Source of the DNA: Octopus sinensis
Taxonomy: Eukaryota
Direction of reading: 5' to 3'
Assembly (NCBI RefSeq): GCF_006345805.1
Contig: NC_043003.1
Location: 496,001 to 560,000 of the forward strand
DNA: 64,000 nt
The notes beneath the pieces are model-generated. The model saw only the letters and a program-made list of their open reading frames with translations. It searched no databases and had not been told where the DNA came from. The position numbers and the translations under genes are program-made. Positions 25,626 to 38,932 of this stretch are shown here, one piece after another (the first letter of the stretch is position 1; the number at the start of each line of letters is the position of its first letter).

Positions 25626-28600
25626 TCCATACATGTAGATATGCTTGTATATATTTCTTTTACTAAGGATTCAGTTAGTTAATCTAAAGCAAACAGAGTT
25701 GTCTTTCCTTAGCAGTGAGATGTCTTCCATGGAATATGAACAAAGGTAACATGAGCTCTGAGTTAAATACTCCATCCTCTTGGCTTCTCACCAACAACCT
25801 ACGTGTGTATATATATATATATGTATGTATGTATATATATCTGTGCATGCACACACACACACACACAGTGGGTAAGAGAGCTCTTATTGTCAGTGTTTAT
25901 TTAGTTGACAACAATCTCCATTTTTTCATTTTTTTCTTGTTTTTGTTAGCACAAAGCATCTAGAATAGTTCATTACAAGAAAAGACATAATTTTTCAGGG
26001 CTTCCAGATACAATGGAGATTCAACAGTGGTCGAAAGGCTATGGTTCTATTTATAAGTATTTGATATCTAACACTATAACCACGACGACGATCGTAAAGC
26101 TTATAATGTGTAATGATAGCTGACACTTATCACGGCTAATGTATTGGATGTGTCTTATCAGAATTTGCTTATGGGTTTCTTTGTAGCTTTTATGGCCAGA
26201 TTCGGCTATTTACATATGCCATTGAAGAACTGCTTTTTTGTAAAGAAAAAGAGAAAATAATCATAACAACTGCTACTTTATATTCACTTCAGTGGTTTTA
26301 TAATTTTGATGCAATGTAAATCTGCACTTAGGCTCTTAACTGATGCCATTTTCTAAAGCTATTTCAAGCAAGTGCTGCTGTTTGTAAATAAACATTGTTG
26401 TAGAATTGTCAGTGTAACATATGTAACTTGTCTGTTTTTGGTCTATAGAGATGTCTTGCTTAATATAACAGCTTCCTGTACAGGGGTAAAATGCTTCATA
26501 TACAGAAATTTAAAATAAAAATGCTTAAAATCACTATTATGGCATTAAATTTTGCTTTATATGGATTTTATTTATTAATTTATCATATTATCTATTAATA
26601 TGATAAACTACTGAAAAGAAAGAGAACTGGAGGAAATGGTAAGGCAACTAACTAGGTACCAGTCCCTTAGGAAATGGAGAAGCCATGCAAGGAAGATGAA
26701 ACAGGATTTCATTTTAGTTTTTTTAAGGATTAGATTAATTTTAAGTTAATTATCTAAACAATAATTTTCCAGTTATATATTTAAGGAAAGAATTTATGTA
26801 AAAAACAAAATATATAGCAATTTGTATTGAAATAATTATTGATTTCAGTGAGAAAGTTGTTAGTGTTTGACAGAGCTGGAAACTTTGATATAGATTTTTA
26901 ATTAAGGTTATTATCACCATATATTATTTTAAGTAATAGCATTGCAATTTACCTGTCGTTTAAACTGTTGAAATTAAATAAATCCAAACATTTCAAGCTG
27001 TATATTAGATACCTGCAGCTAATTAGATACCTGCAGCTAATTTTCATACTTCCAAAGAGATATAAACCCACATCTTCTCTCAGAGTCAACTTCTAACCTC
27101 CTTGTTTGTTGATAGTTTTCTGACCGTAACCATGGAAACAAGTGGTACTAACTACACTTTATCTCTAAATTAGATAGATTTACTTCCTTATAGACTAGAT
27201 TAACTTATCCACTTACAAATAAGCTCGACTGCATTTTTCTCTACTTTCCTTACCTTTTTTTCTTTTCCTTATTGTCTTTGCCCTGTCTTTTTCACCAAAT
27301 GATTTTGCTTAGTAAATAAATAAATAAAAACAATAACTATCCTAAAACGTCTTCAGGAGAAAGGTTGATAGATGGAAGAATGGTGGGGGGAAATACCTAG
27401 AGATGCCTGCTGCATGAAACATTCATAGTAAAGTGAGTGCTAACATACTTGATGTAATAAACCAAATAATTTTAATTAATTGAAATTACACACCTAGTGA
27501 TAAGGGGAAAACAAAAACATGTAAACGACTTATCCAGGGCAGGAAAAAAGTCAGGGGAGATAACCTCATGATTTAAATTTATAAAAATTAAACATAGAAT
27601 GTGGTGAGGACTGAGTTTAGTCTTTAATTGTATGGGGATAACTTTGACCATGTTTGACCATGTTATTAAACCTCCTTAGTTATGCATAATCTGTTTTGGT
27701 AAAACCTTAGAATAATTAGGGATGATATAAGTTGCACAACTATAAAGAATGGCAAAAAAATAGTCAGGGTTGCTTTCTGCATAAAATAAATCAAATTATA
27801 AATTAGGTACTAACATACTTAAGCCGAGAAATATAAATTCAAAATTACATCTGTAGTGAAGGTGAAGACATGTGGCCTTGTGGTTAGGGTGTTGCATTCG
27901 TGATTGCAAGATCGTAGTTTCAATTCCTGAACTAGGTGGTGTATTGCATTCTTGAGTGAAACACTTCATTTCACATTGCTGCAGTCCACTCTGCAATATA
28001 TGACTGACTCTATGATAGCCTGCGTCCCCTTCAGGGCGTTTGTTGTGATATTGGCCACTTGAATGCCATGGAAACAGGATAACTTATCCTAGGACTTGAG
28101 ACATTAATACCCGGGGGGGGGGGACTTTATTGTAGTGAGAAGAAAAAGCAACTTGTGACAAACCAGATCAAACTATCCCTTAAAAGAAAGAGGTTCCCTA
28201 CAACACTTGTCTCCTTTAGTGCTTTCCTCACTGTCTTCTTGCCAAACGACTTTTGGGTCGTAAGTAAAAATCAAATGCAAGAAAGAGCAGCTACAAAACC
28301 AACTTCCTAAATGTCTTCAGGAGAAAATGGTTATAAATGGTTGGGTTGATAAATATTTCCTACTGAAGGTGGTGAGCTGGCAGAAATGCTAGCATGCCAG
28401 GCAAAATGCTTTGCAGTATTTCGTCTGTCTTTACATCATGAGTTCAAATTCTGCCAAGGTCGACTTTGCCTTTCATTCTTTAGGGGGTCAATAAATTAGA
28501 TACCAGTTACATACTGGGGTCGATCTAATTGACTGGCTCCCACCTCCCCAAACATTTCGGGCCTTGTGCTTAGAGTAGAAAAGAATATTTCTTACTGAAC

Positions 28601-30409
28601 ACTTTTTACACTGAACTTTTGTAATAAGCAAACAAAAGACATGACACGTTTGTATCTTTTTGATAAAAAGCTTTGTAACAAACAAAGCAAAGCTTAAACC
28701 GTTCCGTGAATGTTCATCTTTATTAGGTTTTATTTCAGTGTGTTAAGTACTGGAACTGAAATGCAATCAGTTTCAGATACGGTTTCAGTCTTTAGATAAC
28801 CTGGGGTGCGACTTATACATAGGGCAATGCTAAAACTACAAAAGGGAAAAATTTGTAATAAGATTTAACACTAAATTAAGGGTGTGACTTATATATAAAT
28901 AAATACAGTGTATGAGTGTGTATGTATATACATAGATACATACACACAAGGAAAGATGTAAATAATGGGCTTTACACATTTTTTTGTTTATTTATGCATT
29001 ATAGACTTACAGCTGTTTCTGATATGCATTTTAGGTGCGTTCATAATTCCATATACTCAATTGGTTGATTGATCGATTGAAAAAAATTAAATGACCTTAA
29101 CAAATACCATCATCTTCAGAGCCCATGCATACATATACATATATACATGCACAAATATATAAGGATATATATTGTATTTATTTGTGTATAAGTCTCACTA
29201 TTTTAAGCTTGATTTTAATTTTAAAAAAACCTCAGAGCACCTTATGTCCAGGGCAAAACTAAAACTATGAAGGGAAAAAAATTCTGTACTGAAGTTTAAC
29301 ACTAAATTAGGGATGCAACTTATAGAAAAGTGCAACATATAAATGAGTAAATGTAGTAATTTAAACTCAGAGTTTAGCTTAATTTAATTTATAATCCATA
29401 GTTTTAAAAAGCTTTATAAATTTCATATCAAAAATTAAGAAAATAACTGAAAGACCTTTCTTTTATGTTACCATTGTCTTCATTGATAGAATTTCTCTTG
29501 AAAATACTCTTCTTGTGTTTTTTTCCTTTTATTTCTCTGCATTCTGTAGTCTTGTTTGTTATTTTCCTATTTCACTTTTACTCTTCCTTTTTTCTATTTC
29601 TATCTCTGCTGTTGACTCCATCATGAAAAAAAACAAAAACAAAACCCAGTGAACTGGCAAGACTTCCAATTTTGGTTAATCTTAATCTTAAAACTTCCTT
29701 CATTATTACTATTTTCACCTCCATTTCTTGTATTTCTGTCAAATCACAATGTTGCAATAATTAATTTATAATTTTTTTCTTCTTCCAGGTTCTTCATTAA
29801 TATGAAATCTATTTTTTTGGTTTCAGCAAACTTTCATGTAATTACTTCGTTATTTTCGTATGTTAATTACTTTTGTTGGTATGCCTGTATAATTGACACA
29901 CACACACATGCATATATCCGATTAATACTATGGCATTGGTAGAATATATTCTTGTGGTTGAGTATTCCTCAGTCAAGATTGTTGTTTGTCTTCTGTGTGC
30001 AAGAATATGTCTGTGTGTCTTATGGATTATCTATCTTTAACTGCTTGTTCAAATATCTATCCTGTTTATATATTTATTCACTCATCCATCCCACTGGTGG
30101 CAAACCAGTCTGAATGTGTGGATGTATGTAAGGCCAGCCCCATGACATGCCATTCTGTTTACTGTGGTTCAGTCATGGCATTCAGTAAGCAGCTTGATGT
30201 GTCTGTTCGTCTCAGATGATATTTCTTTCACTTTTGCAAACAAATGGTTTATTATTCCTTTCTTTAAAAACATTGGTTTGGTATTTGTTGTTGTTTGTTT
30301 TTGCTTTTTTGTCTTTCTTGCGCAAGTAATTGTTTCTGAAATTGTTTAGGCTTGCCATCAGTTATTCAGTTAAGGCAATGATGTTGTTATGGTTACTTCT
30401 CCACATTGA

Positions 30410-30640
30410 TGGGCCACAGCTGCCGTACTTTGGACATGTGGTTAGAATGTTGCAAGAAAGAATTGCAAGATGAATTCTTCAAACTGGAGAGACTTAGCAG
30501 TTGGCCAAGAATGAGATGGATGGATAATATCCACAATCTCAGTTGACCGTGCTTGGGGATAGAGCCAGAAAGTCTAATGATGGTTGTTTCTGACTGTACC
30601 CCATAAAGGATCTGCCTGAAAACTCGACCACTCACAACCT
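30410..30640 (+). pseudogene. RTE-clade LINE ORF C-terminal remnant
   Basis: QLPYFGHVVRMLQERIAR*IL..PRMRWMDNI resembles the RTE FGHV.RM..GRPR.RW.D motif. Confidence 0.7.
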
Positions 30641-30938
30641 TCTGAAGAATAGCAAGGCAGAGGAAATAGATCAATGGGGTAGATTAGAATGATTTTGTTT
30701 TTTTAATCTCATGCAACTGATTGGTAAAAGAAGAAAACACCCACTACACTCTCGGAGTGGTTGGCATTAGGAAGGGCATCCAGCTGTAGAAACATTGCCA
30801 GATGAGATTGGAGCCTGGTGCAGCCGCAGGCTCTCTAGACCTCAGTCAAACTGTCCAACCCATGCCAGCATGGAAAACGGACGTTAAACGATGATGATGA
30901 TACTGGTGATGATGATGATACTGGTGATGATGATGATA

Positions 30939-31045
30939 GGTGACCTAATTAGCAGCAGAGGAGGATGCTTTGAAAGTATAGTTGCAAGAATAAGAACTGG
31001 ATGGAGAAAGTTCAGAGAACTATTAGTTCAGTTGGTAGGAAAAAT
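30939..31045 (+). pseudogene. RTE-clade reverse transcriptase thumb remnant
   Basis: GDLISSRGGCFESIVARIRTGWRKFRELL. Confidence 0.7.
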
Positions 31046-31621
31046 GTGTCTCTCTGAGAGTGGTTGGCATTAGGGAAGGCATCCAGCTGTAGAAACATTG
31101 CCAGATCAGATTGGAGCCTGGTGAAGCCTCCTGGTGAAGTCTCCTGGTGAAGCCTCCTGCTGAAGCCTCCTGGCTTGCCAGTCCCCAGTTAAACCGTCCA
31201 ACCCATGCCAACATGGAAAACAAATGTTAAACGATGATGATGGTGATGAATGTGGTGGTGGTGGTGGGGGGGCTGCTGCTGCTGCTGTTGAAAGTTAAAT
31301 CTTCTCCTTTTGAATAGGAAGTGAGTTTAAGAGTTTATTTCTGCCCAGGATATTTAATACTAATTTCCCTGACACCCCAATGAGTTGATGAGGCTTTAGA
31401 GCCAAGTGCTGTGACCACAGACACAACAAAACACTTGTGAGAGACATAAACTCCGCAACTTGTGAACTGCTAATGAAAACACCTTTTCTACCCGAACCCT
31501 TCGCACAGGTAACTGTCTCTCTGTGTGAACATAAGAGTTTACACTTCAGCATAAACAGCATTTCATGCTTATTGTGTATACAAATAAGACACCAGATTCT
31601 TCAATAATAATGTTTAATACA

Positions 31622-31657
<36 letters not shown>

Positions 31658-32536
31658 TGAGTAGACTTAATCGAAGCACCAAGCTGACGCAAGTAGCATT
31701 CCTTTAAGATCTAATACTTATTTCCCAACAGTTGGATGTTAGATGTACTGAGATGTAAGTTATTAAGAAGGCTGCCAAGAGTTTCTACCTTAAGCTGCCT
31801 AATGTGAGAATGAACTCATAAACTATGGGCTGCTCGTTCAATATCGCATTCGTTTGGTCATTATGTTTACAAGTATATTTACCTCCCCCCGCAAACATCT
31901 CACCAAAAGGAAGATCACCTTTCTCTAATTTTAACCCGTCTCCCGGAGGCTGTAGATAACACCTGCTGTTTATCTCCGTTCAGTTTAAAAATCGTGGTTA
32001 TTCTGTGTATCTTTCTATTTATCTGTCAGCGCAAGACTTACTTTGTAAACAATATTCTGCCCACACGACAGACGCCGCACGGTGCACTGCTAACAACATC
32101 AAGTAACAGTTTAGTAGAATCTAAATAAACATTAATTTTGATGTTCCTCCCATAATACATTTATTTATCTGTGAGCAAATGCAAAGCAAATAATATTGCC
32201 TGCTTCTATAGCATTTGAGGAGTTCACTTGTAATGTGAAGGTGTGTGATTTATGGCTTAGTGGTTGGGTTGTTCAGCTCAGAATTGTAAGGCTGGGAGTT
32301 TGATTTCCAGTGGCACATTGAGTCCTTGAGCAAGACCCTTTATTCCACATTGCCCCAGTCCACTCAGTTGGTAAATATGAGTTGTACCTGTAATTCAAAG
32401 GAGCAGCTTTATCACATTCTGTGTCATGCTGAATCTCCCTGAGAACCACATTAAGGGTACGTGTGTCTGTGGAGTACTCAGCCACTTGCACGTTAATTTC
32501 ACGAGCTGGCTGCTCTCTTCATCGAATGAACTAGAA

Positions 32537-32738
32537 TAATAATAATAATAATAATAACATCAAAAAATACCTTAGGAATGAGAACCCAGGTTCGAAATTT
32601 TCCCAAGACACCTGAAGAAGGCTGGAGGGTACATCAGTCAAAACGTTGTGTTAACAACAAACAAGATGAGGACAAATATCCGTCAAATGTAAATAATATA
32701 AATAATGTAAATAATTCCTCATTTCTTAAACATAGAAC
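32537..32738 (+). mobile_element. 5'-truncated copy of the tRNA-headed HHR element
   Basis: Near-identical to 57060-57260; begins in (AAT)n; possible TSD TGAACTAGAA (32527-36, 32739-48). Confidence 0.75.
32607..32652 (+). ncRNA. HHR motif, same family, G12A (likely inactive)
   Basis: GACAC-CTGAAGA-A-GGCTG..CAGTC-AAA-ACGT-T-GTGTT. Confidence 0.6.
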
Positions 32739-33001
32739 TGAACTAGAACCTTGTTGTTATAATCGGTGGAGTATCAGTCAGTTATACTTGTAATGTCCCT
32801 GAGTATGGGAATGCATGTTTGTAGGGATGGATGAGTTGGGGGTAGTATTGAAACTAATTAAGGGGAAAAAAAGGAAGTAAAATTGGTAGTTTTTTCTGTT
32901 ATTGTTGCTTTTTTTATTGACTTGTTATTGTTGTTGTTATTGTTGTCATATATTGTTGTATATTTATGTTTCTCTTTTGATTTACCTTTATGTTACTTAA
33001 G

Positions 33002-33028
33002 GCCCCTGCTGAAGAAACCAGCCAAGAG
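33002..33028 (+). CDS. Coding microexon E (27 nt, phase 0-0): APAEETSQE
   Basis: T-rich tract, TTAAG acceptor (AG 33000-33001) and GAG|GTTTGT donor at 33029, the same donor hexamer as exons F and G. Frame-preserving. Confidence 0.75.
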
Positions 33029-35059
33029 GTTTGTCTATTGTTCTTTATTCTAATGGTTGAGTCAAAACAGTTCCTGCAGTCAATGGAATCAAACCTGTTA
33101 CTCTTTCGTTTAACATTTGAATAGAACCAAACCCATCATAAATTCTATTAAATGGTTCTGTAGCCAAACAGAGATATTTATGTAAGGGTAACCCACATAT
33201 ACTGATGTAAATAAAAAAATGTAATTAGTTTTTTAGTGATGGAACTCAGAGTAGATAAAGTTATAGGCCCAACATTGGTTCCAAAACCATTATGGATCAC
33301 TGATTTTTCCAAACCAAGATGGTTACCTTGGTTGCCACTCTCTAAATTAAACAAATATTGGTTTCAAATTTTGGCACAGAGCCAGCAATTTTGAAGGAGG
33401 GGGTAAGTCGATTACATCGACCCTAGTGCTCAATTAGTACTTATTTTATTGACCCCAAGAGGGGGCCAAACTCTGAATTCTGAAGTGGGTATGAAGTGGA
33501 TCTATTGCAGATAGATTCCAAGATCTGATACTTCCATTCCACTTCCACAGAGCCAAGTAAAGTGAAGAATAAAGATCAGATATGGTTAAACACATAATGA
33601 TGCCTTTCTATGGTATGTGGTTCTAGAAGACATAAAAGATGATCAAATTAAGACTAAACTGCCGTTATTCAATGAATGAATATAATATCCTATATGATAA
33701 CTATATAGTATATAAAGTGTATGTATTCCATATCATAGTATTGGCCAAAACATCGGATATTGTTATACATCACTGTTTTAGCTTTCAAATGATACCACTC
33801 CACTGGCCAACATTCCCCCTGGATAGGATGCTAGTCCATACAGGGTTTCACATTTACAGCTGAATGGACTGGAACAATGCGAAATGAAGTGTCTTGCTCA
33901 AGAACATAATGTACCATCCTGCCTGAGAATTGAACCCATGATCTGGCAATTGTGAGTGCAACACCCTAACCACTAGGCTATGCACCATGGCATGTTATTC
34001 CATGTATTGACTATTATAACTGTAGAGGATTCCTTTTTAAGATATTAATAATTAATTATTATCAAAATTATCAAAAATACTAAATATATCAAAATATGTT
34101 GAGATACTTGTACATATTTTAATATATTTATCTCAATGAGCCATATTCTCATCACTAAGCAATTCCATAATTTGGTTAGCTTCTGGTACTGTTATTCTGT
34201 ATTGACTTGACCGTTTCTAGTGTGGGTGTGATTCACATACTTTGGCACAATTTCTTCATCTTCAATCACGATATCTACAATTCCACCTTTTTTTTTTAAG
34301 AATTTTTCATTTCCTTTTTTTCTTTTTCTTTTTCTTTTTCTTTACTTTCTGTTGCTTTTTTTTTACATTATTTTGTTAGTTAAGAATTTTTCCTGCAAAA
34401 TAACCATCGATGGTCAATATGTTTCTTGGTGTTACCAGTTCCAACCATTTTAGCAATTCACATCTTTACATATATTTTCGAAATATGTTATTACAGCACC
34501 TCTTTCTGAAATCTTGCTAAAAACTATTTATTTCATCATCATCATTATCACCATCATTTTAATGGCCAATATTACCTTACTTGGAAACAGGTTAGGTTTG
34601 GCAACAGGAAGGGCATCCAGCTGCAGTATATTGATCTCAACAAATCCCATCTGATCAATGCAGGAATGGAAAAGTGGATGTTAAAATGGTGATCGTAGTG
34701 ATAATGGTTATGATGATGATGGTGATGATGATGATGATGGTGATGGTGATGGTGATGATGATGATGATGATGATGACGATGACGATGATGATAAGCTGCT
34801 TTATCAAGGCCGGTCTATGTTAAACATCGAAAATAATTCTATCATAAAACACCTAATCAGACTTTTAATTGCATAATTACCTTATTTTCATATATTTAGC
34901 TGTCTTTAATAAACTGATTTACAACACATACCACCTCTGAATGATCTTGCCAATGGCAATTCTTAAAGAACTTTGGCCCACATCCCTCAGACTTGATGCT
35001 ATTACTTTTGTTTTCTTCAGAATTTCTGTATTTCTCAGTTGAAGAAAATCTCTGCCATC

Positions 35060-35537
35060 CAGGGCCAGATTAAGACCCATCGAGGCCTTAAGCACTTAAA
35101 ACATTTTGGTGCCCCCATAAGAGATTATGTAATTCAAAATATAAACAATAACAAACAATAAAATAAATTTTCATTTTTGTCAAAACAAAAGCAAAACAGT
35201 AAAAGGGAAAATAATGTTTAGTTTTGTTTAATTCCATTTTTTATTTATATTTGAAAAGTTTCCTCCTACTTTTTGGAATAGCAAAGTCTGATCAGATCCT
35301 CAAAATTAATCTTAAGTAACACATCTGCATCTATTATCTATTATCTATTAATCTTAATCTTAATCTTAATCTTAATCTATTATCAGTAGAGACAAAAGCA
35401 TCCTTCATGTATTATTTGAGCAAATTTAAAGCGATTTCTTTTGTGCCGTAAACCATTTACCATTTCTGTGGTGCCCCTCCTCCTTCCCTTCATGCCCTAA
35501 GCATGTGCTTATTTTGCTTAAAGGTTAATCCAGAGCT
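35060..35537. mobile_element. Degenerate hAT-like MITE
   Basis: CAGGGCCAGATTAA at left and degenerate TTAATCCAGAGCT at right; internal GGTGCCCC repeats. Confidence 0.45.
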
Positions 35538-36012
35538 TCTCCAACAAACTGTTGCCATTGATGGTTATTTTAACTTTTTCTATGAAACTCTTTCAAAATA
35601 CAGATTTCCCAAAATAATTTTCTTTCGATTTTAATTTTCTTCTCTTTTTTCTCTTACTTTTTCCTTCCTTATTTCAGTTTTTGCTTATTATTTCAATTTA
35701 TTATTATTATTATTATTATTGATACCACTTTTATGATTAAGTTTCTCAAACACCCACCTTTTCCTCCTAAATACGTGTGTGTTCAACACCCAGTTCCTAA
35801 ATATGTTTATACCCAAAACCTGTTTCCTAAATCTGTTTTTTGTGTCCAATACCCAAATTCTAAATTAAACATGTGCATATGCAACGTACACCTTCTAAGT
35901 GCATGTGTACTCAACACCTGCCTCCAGTTAACGACCAACACCTACTTCTTCAATGCGGGTGTCTGTCTGGACAAGACTTAGTATCCTGTTATTACTACTC
36001 TTGAATGTAGGA

Positions 36013-36225
36013 AGGTGGCGAGCTGGCAGAAACGTTAGCACGCTGGGCAAAATGCTTAGCAGTATTTCATTTGCCACTATGTTCTGAGTTCAAATTCCAC
36101 TGAGGTTGACTCTGCCTTTTATCTTTTTGGGATCGATAAAGTAAGTACCAGTGAAATACTGGGGTCGATGTAATCGACTGCTCCCTTCCCCCAAAATTTC
36201 AGGCCTTCTGCCTTCAGTGGCAAGG
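36013..36225 (+). mobile_element. tRNA-derived SINE family C. Other copies: about 4588-4800 +, 6524-6730 +, 16040-16352 +, 16370-16815 - (two), 28367-28585 +, 33355-33460 -, 42170-42470 -, 54027-54165 +, 59405-59540 -
   Basis: Shared GAGCTGGCAGAA..GAGTTCAAATTC..GTCGACTTTGCCTTTCATCC..AAGTACCAG. Confidence 0.85.
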
Positions 36226-36722
36226 ATTATTACTATTGAAGGAAGCAAACAGGAAACCTGAGTCCAAGGGAACTGATTGCCTGTGTCAGAAAAATTATAT
36301 GGTGAAGTTTATTAGGTGTAAGAGTGACTGTGTGGTAAGAAGTCTGCTTCCCGACCACATGATTCTGGGGTCATTCCCACTGTATGGCACCTTGGACAAG
36401 TGTCTTCTACTATATATATATATATAGCAAGGTCATAGCCAATGCCGCTTGACTGGCTCTTGTGCAGGTGGCACATAAAAACACCATTTGGGTGTAGCTA
36501 TCGCCAGTACCGCCTGACTGGCCCTCGTGCCAGTGGCATTTAAAAGCACCCACTACACTCCCAGAGTGGTTGGCATTAGGAAGGGCATCCAACTGTAGAA
36601 ACTCTGCCAGATCAGATTGGAGTCTGGTTCGCTGCCAGACCTCAGTCAAATCGTTCAACCCATGCTAGCATGGAAAGCGGACGTTAAATGATGATGATGA
36701 TATATATATATATTTACACACA

Positions 36723-36764
<42 letters not shown>

Positions 36765-38888
36765 CAACATGCAGGACATAATGCTCAATCATTGCGTAGG
36801 ATCATTTAATACATAAGTGAGCATGATGTTTCAAGTTGTGCCATACAGTGAGAGCACACAATAGATACAGCTAGTTGTAGTAGTAATAGTAGTAGTAACA
36901 ATAATAATGACAAATCTCTCGATATCTTAACTTGCTTTAGAAAAAAAAATGTCAACTAGTTGATTGTTTGCCAAAGTTGAAAATACTGCAAGCAATCTCT
37001 CTGTAGCGTTCTACGTCTTTCCTTCCTTCTGTCTGACTGTCTGCACTTATTTATTTCCTGACACCTGCTGGCAAATTACTCAAGATTTCGAAGAGAGAAA
37101 AATAGTAAACTTTGCCATCAAAACTGCTTTTCTTAAACCTACATTTGCAGAAGGCAATCTAGGTTTTGCCGAAGATTCTTACACTGGTTATATATTTTTC
37201 ATTTTTCTGTAGCTGTAATGATATTTCCTGATAGTTAACAGCAGTTTTCTCCATTTGTTTGTCTGACTTCAGACATCTGATGATGGGAATGCTAAATAAA
37301 TAAAGAAAGAAAGAATGAAAGAAAAAAAAACTCTTACACATTCAGACTCTTGATGTTCAGGAAATTCTCTGATAAAAGACATAGTTTCATAAAAACTGCA
37401 TCATAGAATACAACATGGAATGCAAAGAGACTAGCTTCAATGTTGAAAACAATGAAATATGCAGTGATGTTCTGTGATTCTACAGTTTTTAAAAATAGCA
37501 ATGCAAATGATAGCAGTCGATAAGCTCCAATTTGCTCTTTTCCAAACGTGTGTTTGTATTTTTCAGTGAGATGGTTCCTTTTAAAATACCTTCAATGTTA
37601 GCAAAGTGACTTACAGGAACTGAATATATTAAAGATATATATATAAATTATCTGATGCAATTTTTGTTTATCAAATTAATTTTCCATAAATGTTGGAGAT
37701 GTTACAAGGCTATATCAAGAATTGGATACTTATATGTATATGTCATGTGTATGGGCCAGTCAGGCGCACTAGCAATGACCACGCTTGAATGCTGCTTGTT
37801 ACATGCCAGTAACATGTCTGTCAAAGAAATGAAAAATGATTATCTCTGATATTGCTGAAAATTAATTAATTATTGAAAAAAAAATTTTTTATGGTATTCC
37901 ACAAAAATAAAAATAAAAAAAGAGGGTATTTATGGACACAAACTAAATCTCCCCCAAATTTAACATTTTTCTTAATTTATTTTCAATCTTTATTTTTCCT
38001 CTTTTAAAGATTTTATTTTGCATGTTTAAAAAAATACCACAATTCAATGAATTGCCGTTTGTGCTCTGATCCATGCAAACACAAATGGGATTTACTACAA
38101 TAACTGTATTGTATGATGCAAAACTGTTAAAAGTTTTTCCAACGAGAAGAGAGCTTTGTATCATACCTTTAATTATCGGCAAACTATTTAGATTTATTAC
38201 TACAAATAATTACACATTTTAGTACCATCCAATGAAAAGTTGATTGCATATGCACTACCTTATACATTACAAATATTTGTCCTTTACATATATTTATATA
38301 CTATATACTATAAATTTATATATAAATAATATTTCTTTACAGATTGTAAGCATAATTTTCTTTGCATTTTCATTTATAGTTTCCATTTTCTGATTAAATG
38401 TTTAGATTAAGTTCATTCTTTACAAGGCACTAAAGGAAACAAAATACCATTGATTTTTGTTAATTTTAAGATTTTACCCTTTTTGTTACCATATTTCTCT
38501 TGGAATCGTTTGCCTTTGTTTCAATTAATCTTAAATGAAGAATTTAGTAAAACAATTTTATCATTAAGATTGTAAGAATATTTGGTTCCACTGTTTTACC
38601 ATTTTTGATTCATTGTCTTAAATAAACAAATAAATATTCCTTAGTTTCTTAGCCAGTTTCATGTTCACCCTACTAACTTGATTTCTCTAATAATTCAAGA
38701 CAAACTTATTGATTAGTTACTACAGTAATTAGCCCCCATCTACAAAAGTATTTTGTTTTCTAATTAATTACTTCATGAATGCAGTTATTTCTTGATTTTT
38801 TTACAGAGTATTTTAAATTTTATTTTACGTATTTTTATGGCCATGTATAGCATGGCCTGAGTCTTAATAATTAACATTTGATGAAGAA

Positions 38889-38932
<44 letters not shown>

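Noticed and set aside
36964-37212. 82-aa ORF with plausible-looking composition
   Set aside because: No convincing acceptor/donor pair in phase with the gene and no recognisable domain; may be regulatory sequence.
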